A program made the position numbers and the translations under genes. Of a stretch of DNA of 64,000 bases, positions 10,069 through 20,190 are shown one piece after another. Origin of the DNA: an uncultured Candidatus Rokubacteria bacterium (GTDB lineage: Bacteria; Methylomirabilota; Methylomirabilia; Rokubacteriales; DASRDR01). Where the stretch lies: the NCBI GenBank assembly GCA_963708025.1, contig CAVPSB010000012.1, forward strand, positions 1 to 64,000, given 5' to 3'. A model generated the notes under the pieces. That model ran no database searches. It was not told the DNA's origin and was given only the letters and a program-made list of their open reading frames with translations. Each line of letters opens with the position of its first letter. The stretch's first letter is position 1.

Positions 10069-11190
10069 ATGGCGCTGGAGAGATTCGACCCCCCCGGGTT
10101 CGTGGATGACCTGCAGGAGACGCAGAAGAAGGCCTGGAGCGACTGGATCGCCGCAGCCAGCTCGGACGAGGCGCGCGCCCGCGGGACCGGCGGGCCGGCC
10201 GCCTACGGACCACGCTTGCAGTTCTTCAACCCGCTCGACACGGCGCCCGCCACCGACGCGGTGGAAAAGGACATCACGTGGTCGGCGTTCCCCCGGGTCG
10301 TCAAGATCACCTCGGTCAGCGACGTCCAGCGCTGGCGCCGGGCGGATGGGAGCCGCGACCGGCAGGACGAGTACTGCGAGTGGAGCGTCTTCCGGGATGC
10401 GGGAACCCAGAAGATCGTGAAGGTGACGTTCACCAGCGAGGGCCCGGAGTACTGGGAGTTCCTGGCCGCCGTGAGCCCGGACCGGCTGGTCGAGCTCTAC
10501 CGGCAGCACGTGGATCCGTCGGTCAAGCGGCAGGACCTCTTCCGGGCCGATGGCGCCTACGAGGCGCGGAACCGCTGGAACAACTCCACGGACGGCGGGG
10601 CCATGCACCTCATCCAGGGCGCCAACACCCTGGGCGCCGAGATCGAGCTGGCGGCCGCGGCCACGATCGTGCGCCGGCGGAACGGCGTCCTCCTCACCTC
10701 GGAGCGCGAGCTCATCGACTGCGGGCGATACGGGGAGCCCGAGCGCTTCAGCGATCCCCACATCGGCGCCGAGGTGAACGCGCTCGCGCGGCAGAAGGCG
10801 GACCTCACCCTGGCCAACCCCGTCGGCCTGTGCATCGCCGGACTGAGCGTCGCGGGCTGGCAGACACCCGACGGCTCCGATCCCCTGGACTACTGGAAGG
10901 TGACGCGGGGGACGCCCGAGAAGGTGGTGCGCGCAGTCTACGAGGTGCCAGCCGGCCGCGGCTTCGCTGTCGGCGACATCACGATCGGGGGCCGCCGGAT
11001 CGAGTACGGGGCCCAGATCGCCGACTTCATCACCATCAAGCTGACCGGCCTCGCCACCCGCCTTGGCCAGAGCGCGGTCGGTCCCGTGGACGGCTGCGTC
11101 GGGGAGGCGGAGGGGGACGTGGGGGTGCTGGCGGCGGTGGTGCCCTCCGTGGAGTCCGTCCTGGCCCGCCGCCGGCAGGTGACGCGCTGA
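10069..11190 (+). CDS. Hypothetical protein (373 aa)
   Basis: GGAGG SD, 12 nt after the upstream stop; motif-like blocks QDEYCEW, FTSEGPEYW, HLIQGANTLGAEIELAA and FSDPHIG; no function recognised. Confidence 0.87.
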   Translation: MALERFDPPGFVDDLQETQKKAWSDWIAAASSDEARARGTGGPAAYGPRLQFFNPLDTAPATDAVEKDITWSAFPRVVKITSVSDVQRWRRADGSRDRQDEYCEWSVFRDAGTQKIVKVTFTSEGPEYWEFLAAVSPDRLVELYRQHVDPSVKRQDLFRADGAYEARNRWNNSTDGGAMHLIQGANTLGAEIELAAAATIVRRRNGVLLTSERELIDCGRYGEPERFSDPHIGAEVNALARQKADLTLANPVGLCIAGLSVAGWQTPDGSDPLDYWKVTRGTPEKVVRAVYEVPAGRGFAVGDITIGGRRIEYGAQIADFITIKLTGLATRLGQSAVGPVDGCVGEAEGDVGVLAAVVPSVESVLARRRQVTR

Positions 11191-11328
11191 GCCGCGGCAC
11201 GCTCCCGTCGGGCCGGCGCCGGCCGGCGCGTCCGGCGCCTCTCTCATCCACTTGACGCGGGCGCCGCGCCCTCGCCAGCGTGGGGCCACCGGGCACCCGC
11301 GGCGAGGCCACCGGCGGCTGCCGGGGGA

Positions 11329-12066
11329 ATGGCCATGGCGGACCAGGTGTTCGGTGCGGGAGAGTTCCGGACCACCAAGAATCCCCGCGTGGGCGTCCTC
11401 ACGCTCCGCTCGGGAGCCGGGCGGCAGTACCGGTACTCCGAGATCGACGGGATCGGCATCTTCGAGGGTGACATCGTGCTCGCCCGCGGCCTCGAGCTGC
11501 AGGGGATCGGGGTCGTGCGGCCCGGCGCACGATGGCCCGGCCGTACGATCGTCTACGATGTCAACGCCGCCCTGCCGGGCACCCAGCGCGTCACCGAAGC
11601 CATCGCCCACTGGGAAGCGACGACCGTGATCAGGTTCAAGAAGCGGAGCGCGGAGCAGGACTACGTGTTCTTCCGGGACGGCGGTGGCTGCAGCTCGGCC
11701 GTGGGCCGCATCGGGGGCGTGCAGTGGATCACCCTCGGCGCCCAGTGCTCGACGGGCAACGCGATCCACGAGATCGGCCACGCGGTGGGGCTCTGGCACG
11801 AGCAGAGCCGCGCGGACCGGGACGAGCACCTGACGATCATGTGGGACAACATCGAGCCGCTCTATCAGCACAATTTCGACCAGCACATCACCGACGGGGA
11901 CGACATCGGACCCTACGACTACGGCTCGATCATGCACTACCCGAAGGTCGCCTTCGCCATCGACCCGGCCAAGCCGACCCTCGTCACCCGGAACGGCGAG
12001 GAGATCGGCCAGCGCAATGGGCTCAGCCCGGGCGACATCGCAGCGGTGGCCGAGATCTATGCCTGA
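11329..12066 (+). CDS. Astacin-family (M12A) zinc metallopeptidase, no signal peptide
   Basis: HEIGHAVGLWHEQSRADRD, Met-turn SIMHY, propeptide FEGDI, GCSSAVG and IGQRNGLS. Confidence 0.93.
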   Translation: MAMADQVFGAGEFRTTKNPRVGVLTLRSGAGRQYRYSEIDGIGIFEGDIVLARGLELQGIGVVRPGARWPGRTIVYDVNAALPGTQRVTEAIAHWEATTVIRFKKRSAEQDYVFFRDGGGCSSAVGRIGGVQWITLGAQCSTGNAIHEIGHAVGLWHEQSRADRDEHLTIMWDNIEPLYQHNFDQHITDGDDIGPYDYGSIMHYPKVAFAIDPAKPTLVTRNGEEIGQRNGLSPGDIAAVAEIYA

Positions 12067-13258
12067 GCCGGCCCCGCCCCTCCTGTTCGACGCCCGGGCC
12101 GGTCTGGGCCGGGCCCCGGGGCTTCACGCGCTGATCGTCGGGGTCGGCTCCTACCCGAGCCTGCAGGGCGGGGCCGAGACGGTGGCGGAGCCGTGGGACA
12201 TGGGCCAGCTCTCCTCCACCGCCTCGTCCGCCCACAGGGTCTACGAGTGGCTCCGCAAGGCCGACGACGAGAAGCGCCTCCCGGTCCCGCTGGCCACCTG
12301 CCGCGTCCTGCTCTCGCCGATGCCGGCCGAGGCCCACCTGGCGGGGGTCGGCCTCCCGGCGACGCTCGCCAACTTCGGCCCCGCGGCCCACGCCTGGCGT
12401 GACGACTGCAAAGCCGACCGGGGCAGCGTGGCGTTCTTCTACTTCGCCGGGCACGGCGTCCAGCGCACGAAGGACGACGCCGTCTTCTGTCTCCAGGAGT
12501 TCCGGAAGCCCGGCTTCGGCACACTTTTCCACTCGGTCGCGCTCGCGAACCTTCGCGGCGGCATGTCACCGGCCCCGGGCTTCGAGGAGATGGCGCGCAC
12601 CCAGTTCTACTTCTTCGATGCCTGTCGCGTGCGCCCCGACCGGTTCGCGGAGTTCGAGCGGATGGGCACGAGCGACGTTTTCGAGGTGGCCCTGGCCGGG
12701 AAGGACGACCGGTGCTCGCCCATCTTCTTCGGGGCCATCTCCAACCAGGCCGCCCAGGCGCTGCCGGGACAGCAGACGCTCTTCAGTCGGGCCGTCCTCG
12801 AGTGTCTCGAGGGCGAAGCGGCGGAGGAGGTGGGCGAGACGCCCGCCGGCGAGGTGCAGTGGGCGGTGACGGTCAGCTCGCTGAGCGAGCAGCTCCAGAC
12901 CGTGAAGATCGACCAGCTCAACCGCGACTTCCAGGCCGACCAGACCTACGCGCCCGGTGGGGAGTTCCGGACGGGTACCATCTGCCGGCTCAACGCCGTG
13001 CCCGAGGTCCGACTGCGCCTGGAGGTGATCCCGCCGGAGGCGTGCCTGGTGGGCAAGCTGACGCTCGTCCGGCAGGGAGACGGCGTGGTGCTCGAAGCGA
13101 TGCCTCCGATCGACCCCCATCCCTACGAGCGGTCGCTGCCGGCCGGGATCTACCATCTCGAGCTCTCGTTCGACCCACCCCATCCCGTCTTCAAGAAGGC
13201 CAGCCGGGACTGGTACGTCCGACCCTTCCGGTTCGAGAAGAAAGTGAAGGTGGGCTGA
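12059..13258 (+). CDS. Caspase-family (C14, metacaspase-like) cysteine protease with a C-terminal beta-rich domain
   Basis: HALIVGV, FFYFAGHG (catalytic His) and FFDACR (catalytic Cys); ATG overlaps the 3' end of the astacin gene. Confidence 0.9.
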   Translation: MPEPAPPLLFDARAGLGRAPGLHALIVGVGSYPSLQGGAETVAEPWDMGQLSSTASSAHRVYEWLRKADDEKRLPVPLATCRVLLSPMPAEAHLAGVGLPATLANFGPAAHAWRDDCKADRGSVAFFYFAGHGVQRTKDDAVFCLQEFRKPGFGTLFHSVALANLRGGMSPAPGFEEMARTQFYFFDACRVRPDRFAEFERMGTSDVFEVALAGKDDRCSPIFFGAISNQAAQALPGQQTLFSRAVLECLEGEAAEEVGETPAGEVQWAVTVSSLSEQLQTVKIDQLNRDFQADQTYAPGGEFRTGTICRLNAVPEVRLRLEVIPPEACLVGKLTLVRQGDGVVLEAMPPIDPHPYERSLPAGIYHLELSFDPPHPVFKKASRDWYVRPFRFEKKVKVG

Positions 13259-14572
13259 TGCCGCGCCTGTCCTTCACGCTCGGCTTCCAGTTCGACCGAG
13301 ATGAACGCCCTCGACCTGCCGATCGAGGTCCGCAAGCCCAGCTCGGCTCTGGTGGCCCGGACGCGGTCGTCGCAGGCGGTCGACCTCCCGCCGGGCGTGT
13401 ACTACGTGACGACCCGGTTGCCGGCCGGCCAGCAGATCACGCGCTCGGTGGACCTCACCGGGGGGTCGCGCCAGCTCCGGCTCGAGCCCGACCCCGAGGA
13501 TGCCGGGGACCACGAGTGGGACGAGCAGCGGCACTTCCTCGACCCCGCGCGCCCGGCGGCGATGGCGCGCGGCCGGGCGGAGTGGGCCGCTCCGGAGGAG
13601 GCGGCGCCGGCGCCGGGCACGCTGGACGCCGCGCCGCCGCCGGCCGGTGCCGGCGCGGAGTCGGCCCTCGTCGAGGGCCGCGGCGCCCTGCGGGTCTTTT
13701 CGGGCAACCTCCTCCTGGGGCCGGGGACGCTCGAAGCGGCGACCGTCGTGCTGCGCCTGCAGCAATTCGAGGCCGGCCGCGTCGTGTACCTCGGGGTGCA
13801 GGCGTCGTCCCCGGTCGTGGTGCAGCTCCTCGAGGTGGGGTCCGCCGCCCTGAACCAGGTCGTGCCGCCGGGCGCCCGGCTTGCGGTCAGCCACCGCCCC
13901 ACCCCGGAGATCAAGGCCGGCAGCCTCTTCAAGCTGGAAGCCTTCACCCGGAACCCGATAGCCAACCTGCAGCTCCGCTACTGTCGCCAGGGAGCCTACC
14001 GGCGGGCGGGCTCCGCCGCCGAGTCGGAGCGCCTGCTGTACGAGAAGATCGACGATCCGGTAGCCGCCGCGATCGGGGCGTACAGCCTCTTCCGGATCGG
14101 CGCGCTGGAGCGCCTCCACGACTGGACGGCGAACCTGGACGCGATGTTCCCCTGGCTGCCGGACGGCGCCGCGATCCGTGGCGAGCATCTGGCCCGGCTC
14201 GGGCGGCACGTCGAGGCGCTTGCCGCCTTCGCCAGGCTCCCCGAGCGCGGGCTCCCGGTCGTGGCCGACGGGCTGTTCTACGCCGTCGAGCGGATGAAGC
14301 TCTACTCGCGCCTGTCTCCCGAGCGGTCGGAGGGCGTCGGCGTGGAGCAGGCCCGCGCGGTGCTCGCGAAGCTCGAGCGCTTCGCGGGTGTCGTGCACCA
14401 GCAGCGCCCCCTCACCAGCTTTCCGGGTGTCGATCCCGCCCGGCCCGACGCCCGCCTCCTGAGGGCGGGCGAGGCCTTCCCGGGCATGCTCCAGCTGGAC
14501 TGGCTGGTGGCCCCCTCGGCTCCGGGGCCAGGGACCGACCCGCCGCCGGCGGCGAGCGCCCGCTCCGCCTGA
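13258..14572 (+). CDS. Hypothetical caspase-adjacent protein (~437 aa; start probably ATG 13258 with a 1-nt indel before 13301)
   Basis: TGATG coupling to the caspase gene; N-terminal VDLPPGVYYV beta motif, acidic/Pro-Ala linker, helical C-terminus (LLYEKIDDPVAAAIGAY...WTANLDAMFPWLPDG). Confidence 0.82.
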
Positions 14573-14577
14573 GCCAC

Positions 14578-14931
14578 GTGGCCGAAGAGGTCGTCGAGGG
14601 ACGCATCGTATTCGGCGAGGACTCGGTGCCCTTCGAAGGCGCTTCCGTCGAGGTGACCATCGAGGACACGACCTACGCGGACGCGCCGGCCGTGCGGCTC
14701 GCCCGTCTCGTGCTCAGGGCGGTGACGCACGACGGGCGGGCGGGCGGGAGCATCCCGTTCTCGCTGCGCCGGGACGCTTCCGCCCCGCACCGGCGGCAGA
14801 GCCTCCGCGTCGTGGTGGACGTGGACGGCGACGGCCGGCTCGGCGTCGGCGACTACCGGAACGCCGAGAGCGTACCGGTGCCACCCGGGCCGGTGACGGG
14901 CCTGGTGGTCAGGATGCGACGCCTGAGCTGA
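14578..14931 (+). CDS. YbaY/YscW-like beta-sandwich protein without a lipoprotein signal
   Basis: GTG start 5 nt after the upstream stop; VEVTIEDTTYADAPAVRLA and IPFSL; DVDGDG loop. Confidence 0.72.
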   Translation: MAEEVVEGRIVFGEDSVPFEGASVEVTIEDTTYADAPAVRLARLVLRAVTHDGRAGGSIPFSLRRDASAPHRRQSLRVVVDVDGDGRLGVGDYRNAESVPVPPGPVTGLVVRMRRLS

Positions 14932-14961
14932 CCCGAGGCTGCCGGTGGCTCCCGCGGCCGC

Positions 14962-15843
14962 TCAGAAGGGGAGGATCGGCTCGGGGGCCGTCGGGAGGCA
15001 CCAGCCGACGGGCATGAAGGGCGTGGAGCCGGCGAAGCCGATCCGGCCCCGCCAGTCCATCAGGATGAGGCCGCCCACGCCCCGGCCGTCCTCGCGCAGG
15101 ATGTCGATCGCCACCTGGGCGGCCAGCTCCGGGTCGTCGAGGTCCTTCAGGATGTCCACCGCCGTCTTGGCCAGCGCCGTCCGGATGAACGCCTCGCCGT
15201 CCCCGGTCGTCGACACGCCGCCCAGCCGGTTGTCGGCGTAGGTGCCGGCGCCGATCTGCCCCGAGTCGCCGACGCGCCCCGGCCGCTTCCCGATCATGCC
15301 GCCCGTCGACGTCGCCGCGGCGATCGTCCCGCGCCGGTCGATGGCGACGGCGCCGACCGTGCCGCCCGCCGCCGGCGCCGGCTCGCGCCGGGCCAGCCGC
15401 TCCCGGAGCCGGTCGCGCTGGCGCTCGGTGACGAGGGCGGCGGGGTCGCAGAGGGCGACACCGTGCTCCCGCGCGAAGGCGACCGCGCCCTCGCCGACCA
15501 GCAGGACGTGGTGGCCATCCTCGAGGACGCGGCGGGCGAGCGTGACGGCGTTCGGTACCCCGGTGACCGCGCCGACGGCGCCGGCGGCCAGGCGCGCGCC
15601 CTCCATGATCGAGGCGTCGCACTCGACGGTGCCGGCCTCGGTCAGGACGGAGCCGTAGCCGGCGTTGAACCGGGGGTCGTCCTCCATCGCGGCCACGCAC
15701 GCCTCGACGCCGTCCAGCGCCGAGCCTCCGGTCACGAGCCGGCCCCAGCCAGCCCCCAGCGCCGCCCGCAGCGAGTCACGATAGCCGGCCCGGTGGTCGG
15801 GGTCGGCGCCGGCGCCCCCGTGAGCGATCAGGACGGGCAGCAT
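14962..15843 (-). CDS. iaaA: Isoaspartyl peptidase / L-asparaginase (Ntn hydrolase)
   Basis: AHGGAG, FNAGYGS, GTVGAVA autoproteolysis site, ATSTGG and GRVGDS. Confidence 0.92.
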   Translation of the reverse strand: MLPVLIAHGGAGADPDHRAGYRDSLRAALGAGWGRLVTGGSALDGVEACVAAMEDDPRFNAGYGSVLTEAGTVECDASIMEGARLAAGAVGAVTGVPNAVTLARRVLEDGHHVLLVGEGAVAFAREHGVALCDPAALVTERQRDRLRERLARREPAPAAGGTVGAVAIDRRGTIAAATSTGGMIGKRPGRVGDSGQIGAGTYADNRLGGVSTTGDGEAFIRTALAKTAVDILKDLDDPELAAQVAIDILREDGRGVGGLILMDWRGRIGFAGSTPFMPVGWCLPTAPEPILPF

Positions 15844-15849
15844 GGCGCC

Positions 15850-15897
15850 ACGGTAGCGGCCGGCCGGACCGGCTGTCAAGGCGGCGCGTGCTATACT
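15850..15897. promoter_or_regulatory. Divergent sigma70-type promoters
   Basis: Minus strand TTGACA-N18-TACCGT, 6 nt before ATG 15843; plus strand extended -10 TGcTATACT at 15889-15897. Confidence 0.6.
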
Positions 15898-15925
15898 CGC
15901 TCGCGCTCCGCGGGAGGCCCACGGT

Positions 15926-16637
<712 letters not shown>

Positions 16638-16657
<20 letters not shown>

Positions 16658-17369
16658 CCGGCGCCCGCGTCCGGCCGCCGCCCTGACGGCGATCCAGGCG
16701 CGGATCGTCGGCTGTCGCCGGTGCCCGCGCCTGGTGGCGTACCGGCGCGCGATCGGCGCCGACCCGCCCCGGCGGTTCCGCGGCGAGCGGTACTGGGCAC
16801 GGCCGGTGCCGAGCCTCGGCGCGGTCGGCGCCCGGCTCCTGCTCGTGGGGCTGGCGCCGGCCGCCCACGGCGGCAACCGGACCGGCCGGATGTTCACCGG
16901 GGACGCGGCCGGTGGCAGCGGGGCATGGGTGGCGCGGGCACTCCACGCCCACGGCTTCGCCACGCAGCCGACCTCCCGCCACCGCGGCGACGGCTTCCGC
17001 CTCATCGACGCCTACATCACCGCCCCCGTCCACTGCGCGCCGCCGGACAACCGGCCGCTGCCGGAAGAGTTCGAGCGATGCGCGCCCTACCTCCGCGCGG
17101 AGCTGGTCCTGCTCCAGCGCGTCCGGGTCGTCGTCGCCCTCGGCCGGATCGGCTTCGACGCGTACCTCCGCGCGCACGCGGCGCTCGGCTGGCCGCGGCT
17201 CCGGCCGGCGCCGCGGTTCGGGCACGGGGCCGTGGTGGAGCTGCCGGCCGGGATGACGCTGCTCGCGTCGTACCACCCGAGCCGGCAGAACACGCAGACC
17301 GGCAAGCTCACCTGGGACATGTTCGACGCAGTCTTTGCGGAGGCGCGCCGCCGGCTGCCAGCAGACTAG
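16638..17369 (+). CDS. udgB: Uracil-DNA glycosylase family 5
   Basis: CRRCPRL Fe-S motif, GLAPAAHGGNRTGRMFTGD and YHPSRQNTQTG. Confidence 0.92.
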
Positions 17370-17413
17370 GATCCATTTGCTTCGATCCGGGACGCGGCAG
17401 GGTTGTCTTTCCG

Positions 17414-17498
17414 GGGGCGGGGCCGAGGAGCGAGCAGCGCCCACAGGCCGAAGGCCGTCCGAAGGACGACGCGATGCGACGCTCCTCGGCCCCGCCCC
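17414..17498. repeat. 19-bp perfect inverted repeat enclosing the GGCCGAAGGCC cassette
   Basis: GGGGCGGGGCCGAGGAGCG ... CGCTCCTCGGCCCCGCCCC. Confidence 0.85.
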
Positions 17499-17550
17499 CT
17501 AGTGAAGCAAATGCTCGCGCGGCGCGGGTGCTTGCGGTAGGATGCCGCGT

Positions 17551-18370
17551 ATGGTGGGGGCCAGGGGAGGGCGCCTCACGGGTCCGCTCCTTGTGCGCCG
17601 CGTCGCTGGCGCTCGCGGCCGGGTGCGCCCTCCATCCGCCCCGCCCGCCGACCCGCGGCCAGGTCCTCGAGCGCATCCTCCCGGCCACCGTCCAGGTCTC
17701 GCTCGAGCAGGAGGGCCGCCGGTTCCGCAGCGGATCGGGCGTCCTGATCGCCAGCCGGCCGGCGGCCCACGGCAGCGACTGCTTCGTCCTCACCAGCGGG
17801 CACACCCTGGCCGGCTTCGCCGCGCCCCAGGAGGTCTACGTGCTGCTGGACCGCCATCAGGGCAAGGGGGCGAAGATTCGAGCCCGCCTGCTGGCCCGTC
17901 GCGACGCCGAAGGCGTCGACCTGGCGCTGCTGGCCGTCGAGGCCCGTCACTGCCCGGTGACCCGACTCGGCGAGCCGCCCGCGCTCGGCGACTCGATCTG
18001 GGTCGTCGCCTTCCCGTGGGGACGGAACATGACGCTCGTCGGCGGGATCGTGAGCCAGCTCAACGCCGATCCGCCCACCGGCCAGGAGGGTGAGTCACGC
18101 CTGATGATCGACGCCTCGGTGAGCTACGGCGCGAGCGGCGGGGGCGTCTTCGACGCGGAGAGCGGCCGGCTGGTGGGGCTGATCGAAGGCTACCGGACCG
18201 CCCGCGTCTCGTTCAAGGGCGACGGCGCCCAGCGCTACCTCGAGGTGCCGGTGCCGGGCGAGACCTACGTGACGCCGCTCGCGGCCGTCCGCCGCTTCCT
18301 CACCGAATCGGGCTTCGCGCATCTCCTCGGCACGCCGCCGACCAGCACCCTCGCCACACCCCGGCCGTAG
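17551..18370 (+). CDS. Trypsin-like (S1) serine protease, probable lipoprotein; 1-nt indel near 17597
   Basis: LAAGC lipobox, GSGVLI, LTSGH, DLALL and GASGGG. Confidence 0.85.
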
Positions 18371-18381
18371 CCAGGCCGCTG

Positions 18382-19311
18382 CTACGCGCGCCGGCGAGCG
18401 AGCGCGACGAAGCGACGCCAGCGTCGGGGCGCGGCGAGGCCGCCCGGCAGGAAGAGGCCGACCAGCACGAGCATCACGCTGTAGATGGTCAGCGCGAGAT
18501 ACGGCGTCTTCAGGCGGAGCACCTCGCGGATGGTGTCGACCACGATGGCGCCCAGCACCGGGCCGATCACGGTGCCCGAGCCGCCCAGCATGGCCATGAC
18601 CACCGGGCCGATCGCGACGTCCAGGCCGAAGACCGTGCTCGGGATGATGTAGGTCAGGTACCAGCAGTAGAGCCCGCCGGCCAGCCCGGCCACCCCGGCG
18701 CTCGCGACCAGGACCAGGCACTTGACTCCGTACGCGTTGACCCCGAAGGCGCCCGCGACCTCCTCGTCGTCCCGGATCGAGACGAGGGCCAGGCCGAGCC
18801 GCGAGCGGGCCAGCCACGCCGTGGCGGCGACGAGCCCGGCGAGGAGGACGAGCGCCGCGTAGTAGGCGTGGTAGAGCCGGTCGCCGGTCGGGATCGTGAG
18901 CCCCTCCGAGCCCCCGGTGAGCCCGGAGAGGTTCGAGGCCAGCAATTCGAGCAGCGCGACCAGGCCGAAGGTGGCGAGGGCGAAGTAGGCCCCGCGCAGC
19001 CGGAGGAAGGGGTAGCTGATGGCCAGCGCGAACGCGGCCGCCAGCAGCACACCGGCGGCGAAGGCGACGACGAGCGGCTGGCCGGCCTTGAAAAGGATGC
19101 CGAACGTGTAAGCGCCGATGCCGAAGAACGACGCGTGACCGAGGTTCAGGTAGCCGAGGTGCCCGCCGACCCAGTCGTAGCTCTGGGCCAGGATCGCCGC
19201 GATGAAGACCACCAGGAAGAAGGCGACCAGGTACGTCGAGGGGGTGAGGAGCGGCAGGGCCGCGAAGAACGCCAGCGCCGCCAGGCCCAGCCCGGCCAGG
19301 GCGGCTCGCAT
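18382..19311 (-). CDS. Branched-chain amino acid ABC permease (LivM-like)
   Basis: GYLNLGHASFFGIGAY, RLRGAYFALAT and IRDDEEVA. Confidence 0.92.
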   Translation of the reverse strand: MRAALAGLGLAALAFFAALPLLTPSTYLVAFFLVVFIAAILAQSYDWVGGHLGYLNLGHASFFGIGAYTFGILFKAGQPLVVAFAAGVLLAAAFALAISYPFLRLRGAYFALATFGLVALLELLASNLSGLTGGSEGLTIPTGDRLYHAYYAALVLLAGLVAATAWLARSRLGLALVSIRDDEEVAGAFGVNAYGVKCLVLVASAGVAGLAGGLYCWYLTYIIPSTVFGLDVAIGPVVMAMLGGSGTVIGPVLGAIVVDTIREVLRLKTPYLALTIYSVMLVLVGLFLPGGLAAPRRWRRFVALARRRA

Positions 19312-20171
19312 CAGCCGAGCAACCCGCGGGGCCGGGCCAGCAGGATCGCGATCAGGATCAGGAACGCGACGGTGAGCGACCACTGGGCCCCCACGTAGAA
19401 GGACACGATCGACTCGGAGAGCCCCAGGACCATGCTGCCGGCCAGTGCGCCCGGCAGGCTGCCCACCCCGCCCAGCACGATGATCGCCAGGTACTTGAGG
19501 GTGAGCGGAATGCCGATGTGAGGGTCCACGGGGATCAGCGTCACGAAGAAGACCCCGGCGGTGGCGGCCAGGCCGGTGCCGAGAGCGAAGGCGACGGTGG
19601 ACGCGGTCTGGATGTTGATCCCGGCCAGGGCCGCCCCCTCCCGGTCCTCCATGACCGCCCGGAGGGCCTTGCCCATGTAGCTCCGCCGCAGGAAGAGGTG
19701 GATGACCACCGTGAGCCCGATGATGATCGCCAGCAGGATCAGGCGGAGCGACGAGATCACCACGGTCCCGATCCGGAAGGGCGGGAGAAAGTAGTCGATG
19801 CCCTTGATGGGCTGGGTGAGCGAGAAGGCCGTCACGTCCTCGATGGCCAGCGAGATGCCGAGGGTGATCAGGATCGAGGCGACGAGGAACTCGTGGTGCG
19901 GCATGCCGGCGATGGGCCGGATCAAGCCGCGCTCGACGACGAGCCCGCCCAGGAAGAAGAGGGGGAACACCGCGAGCAGCGCAGCCCAGGGCGGGAGCGC
20001 CCAGGTCGTGTAGAGCCAGTAGGTGACCATGCCCCCCAGCATGAGGAAGTCGCCGTGGGCCACGTTGAGGATGCGGAGGACCCCGAAGATGATGGAGAGG
20101 CCGAAGGCCCCCAGCGCGTAGATGCCGCCCTGGAGGACGCCGCCGATCAGGAGCTGGACGAACGTCTGCAC
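19311..20171 (-). CDS. Branched-chain amino acid ABC permease (LivH-like)
   Basis: GLSIIFGVLRILNVAHGDF, GKALRAV and VLGGVGSLPGA. Confidence 0.92.
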   Translation of the reverse strand: MQTFVQLLIGGVLQGGIYALGAFGLSIIFGVLRILNVAHGDFLMLGGMVTYWLYTTWALPPWAALLAVFPLFFLGGLVVERGLIRPIAGMPHHEFLVASILITLGISLAIEDVTAFSLTQPIKGIDYFLPPFRIGTVVISSLRLILLAIIIGLTVVIHLFLRRSYMGKALRAVMEDREGAALAGINIQTASTVAFALGTGLAATAGVFFVTLIPVDPHIGIPLTLKYLAIIVLGGVGSLPGALAGSMVLGLSESIVSFYVGAQWSLTVAFLILIAILLARPRGLLG

Positions 20172-20190
20172 GCCGTGCCCGGCGCGGAGA

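Noticed and set aside
8443-11937. 1164-aa minus-strand ORF (also 48157-52176, 1339 aa, and similar long ORFs)
   Set aside because: Antisense shadows of real genes; stop codons are rare at this GC content and no motifs are recognisable
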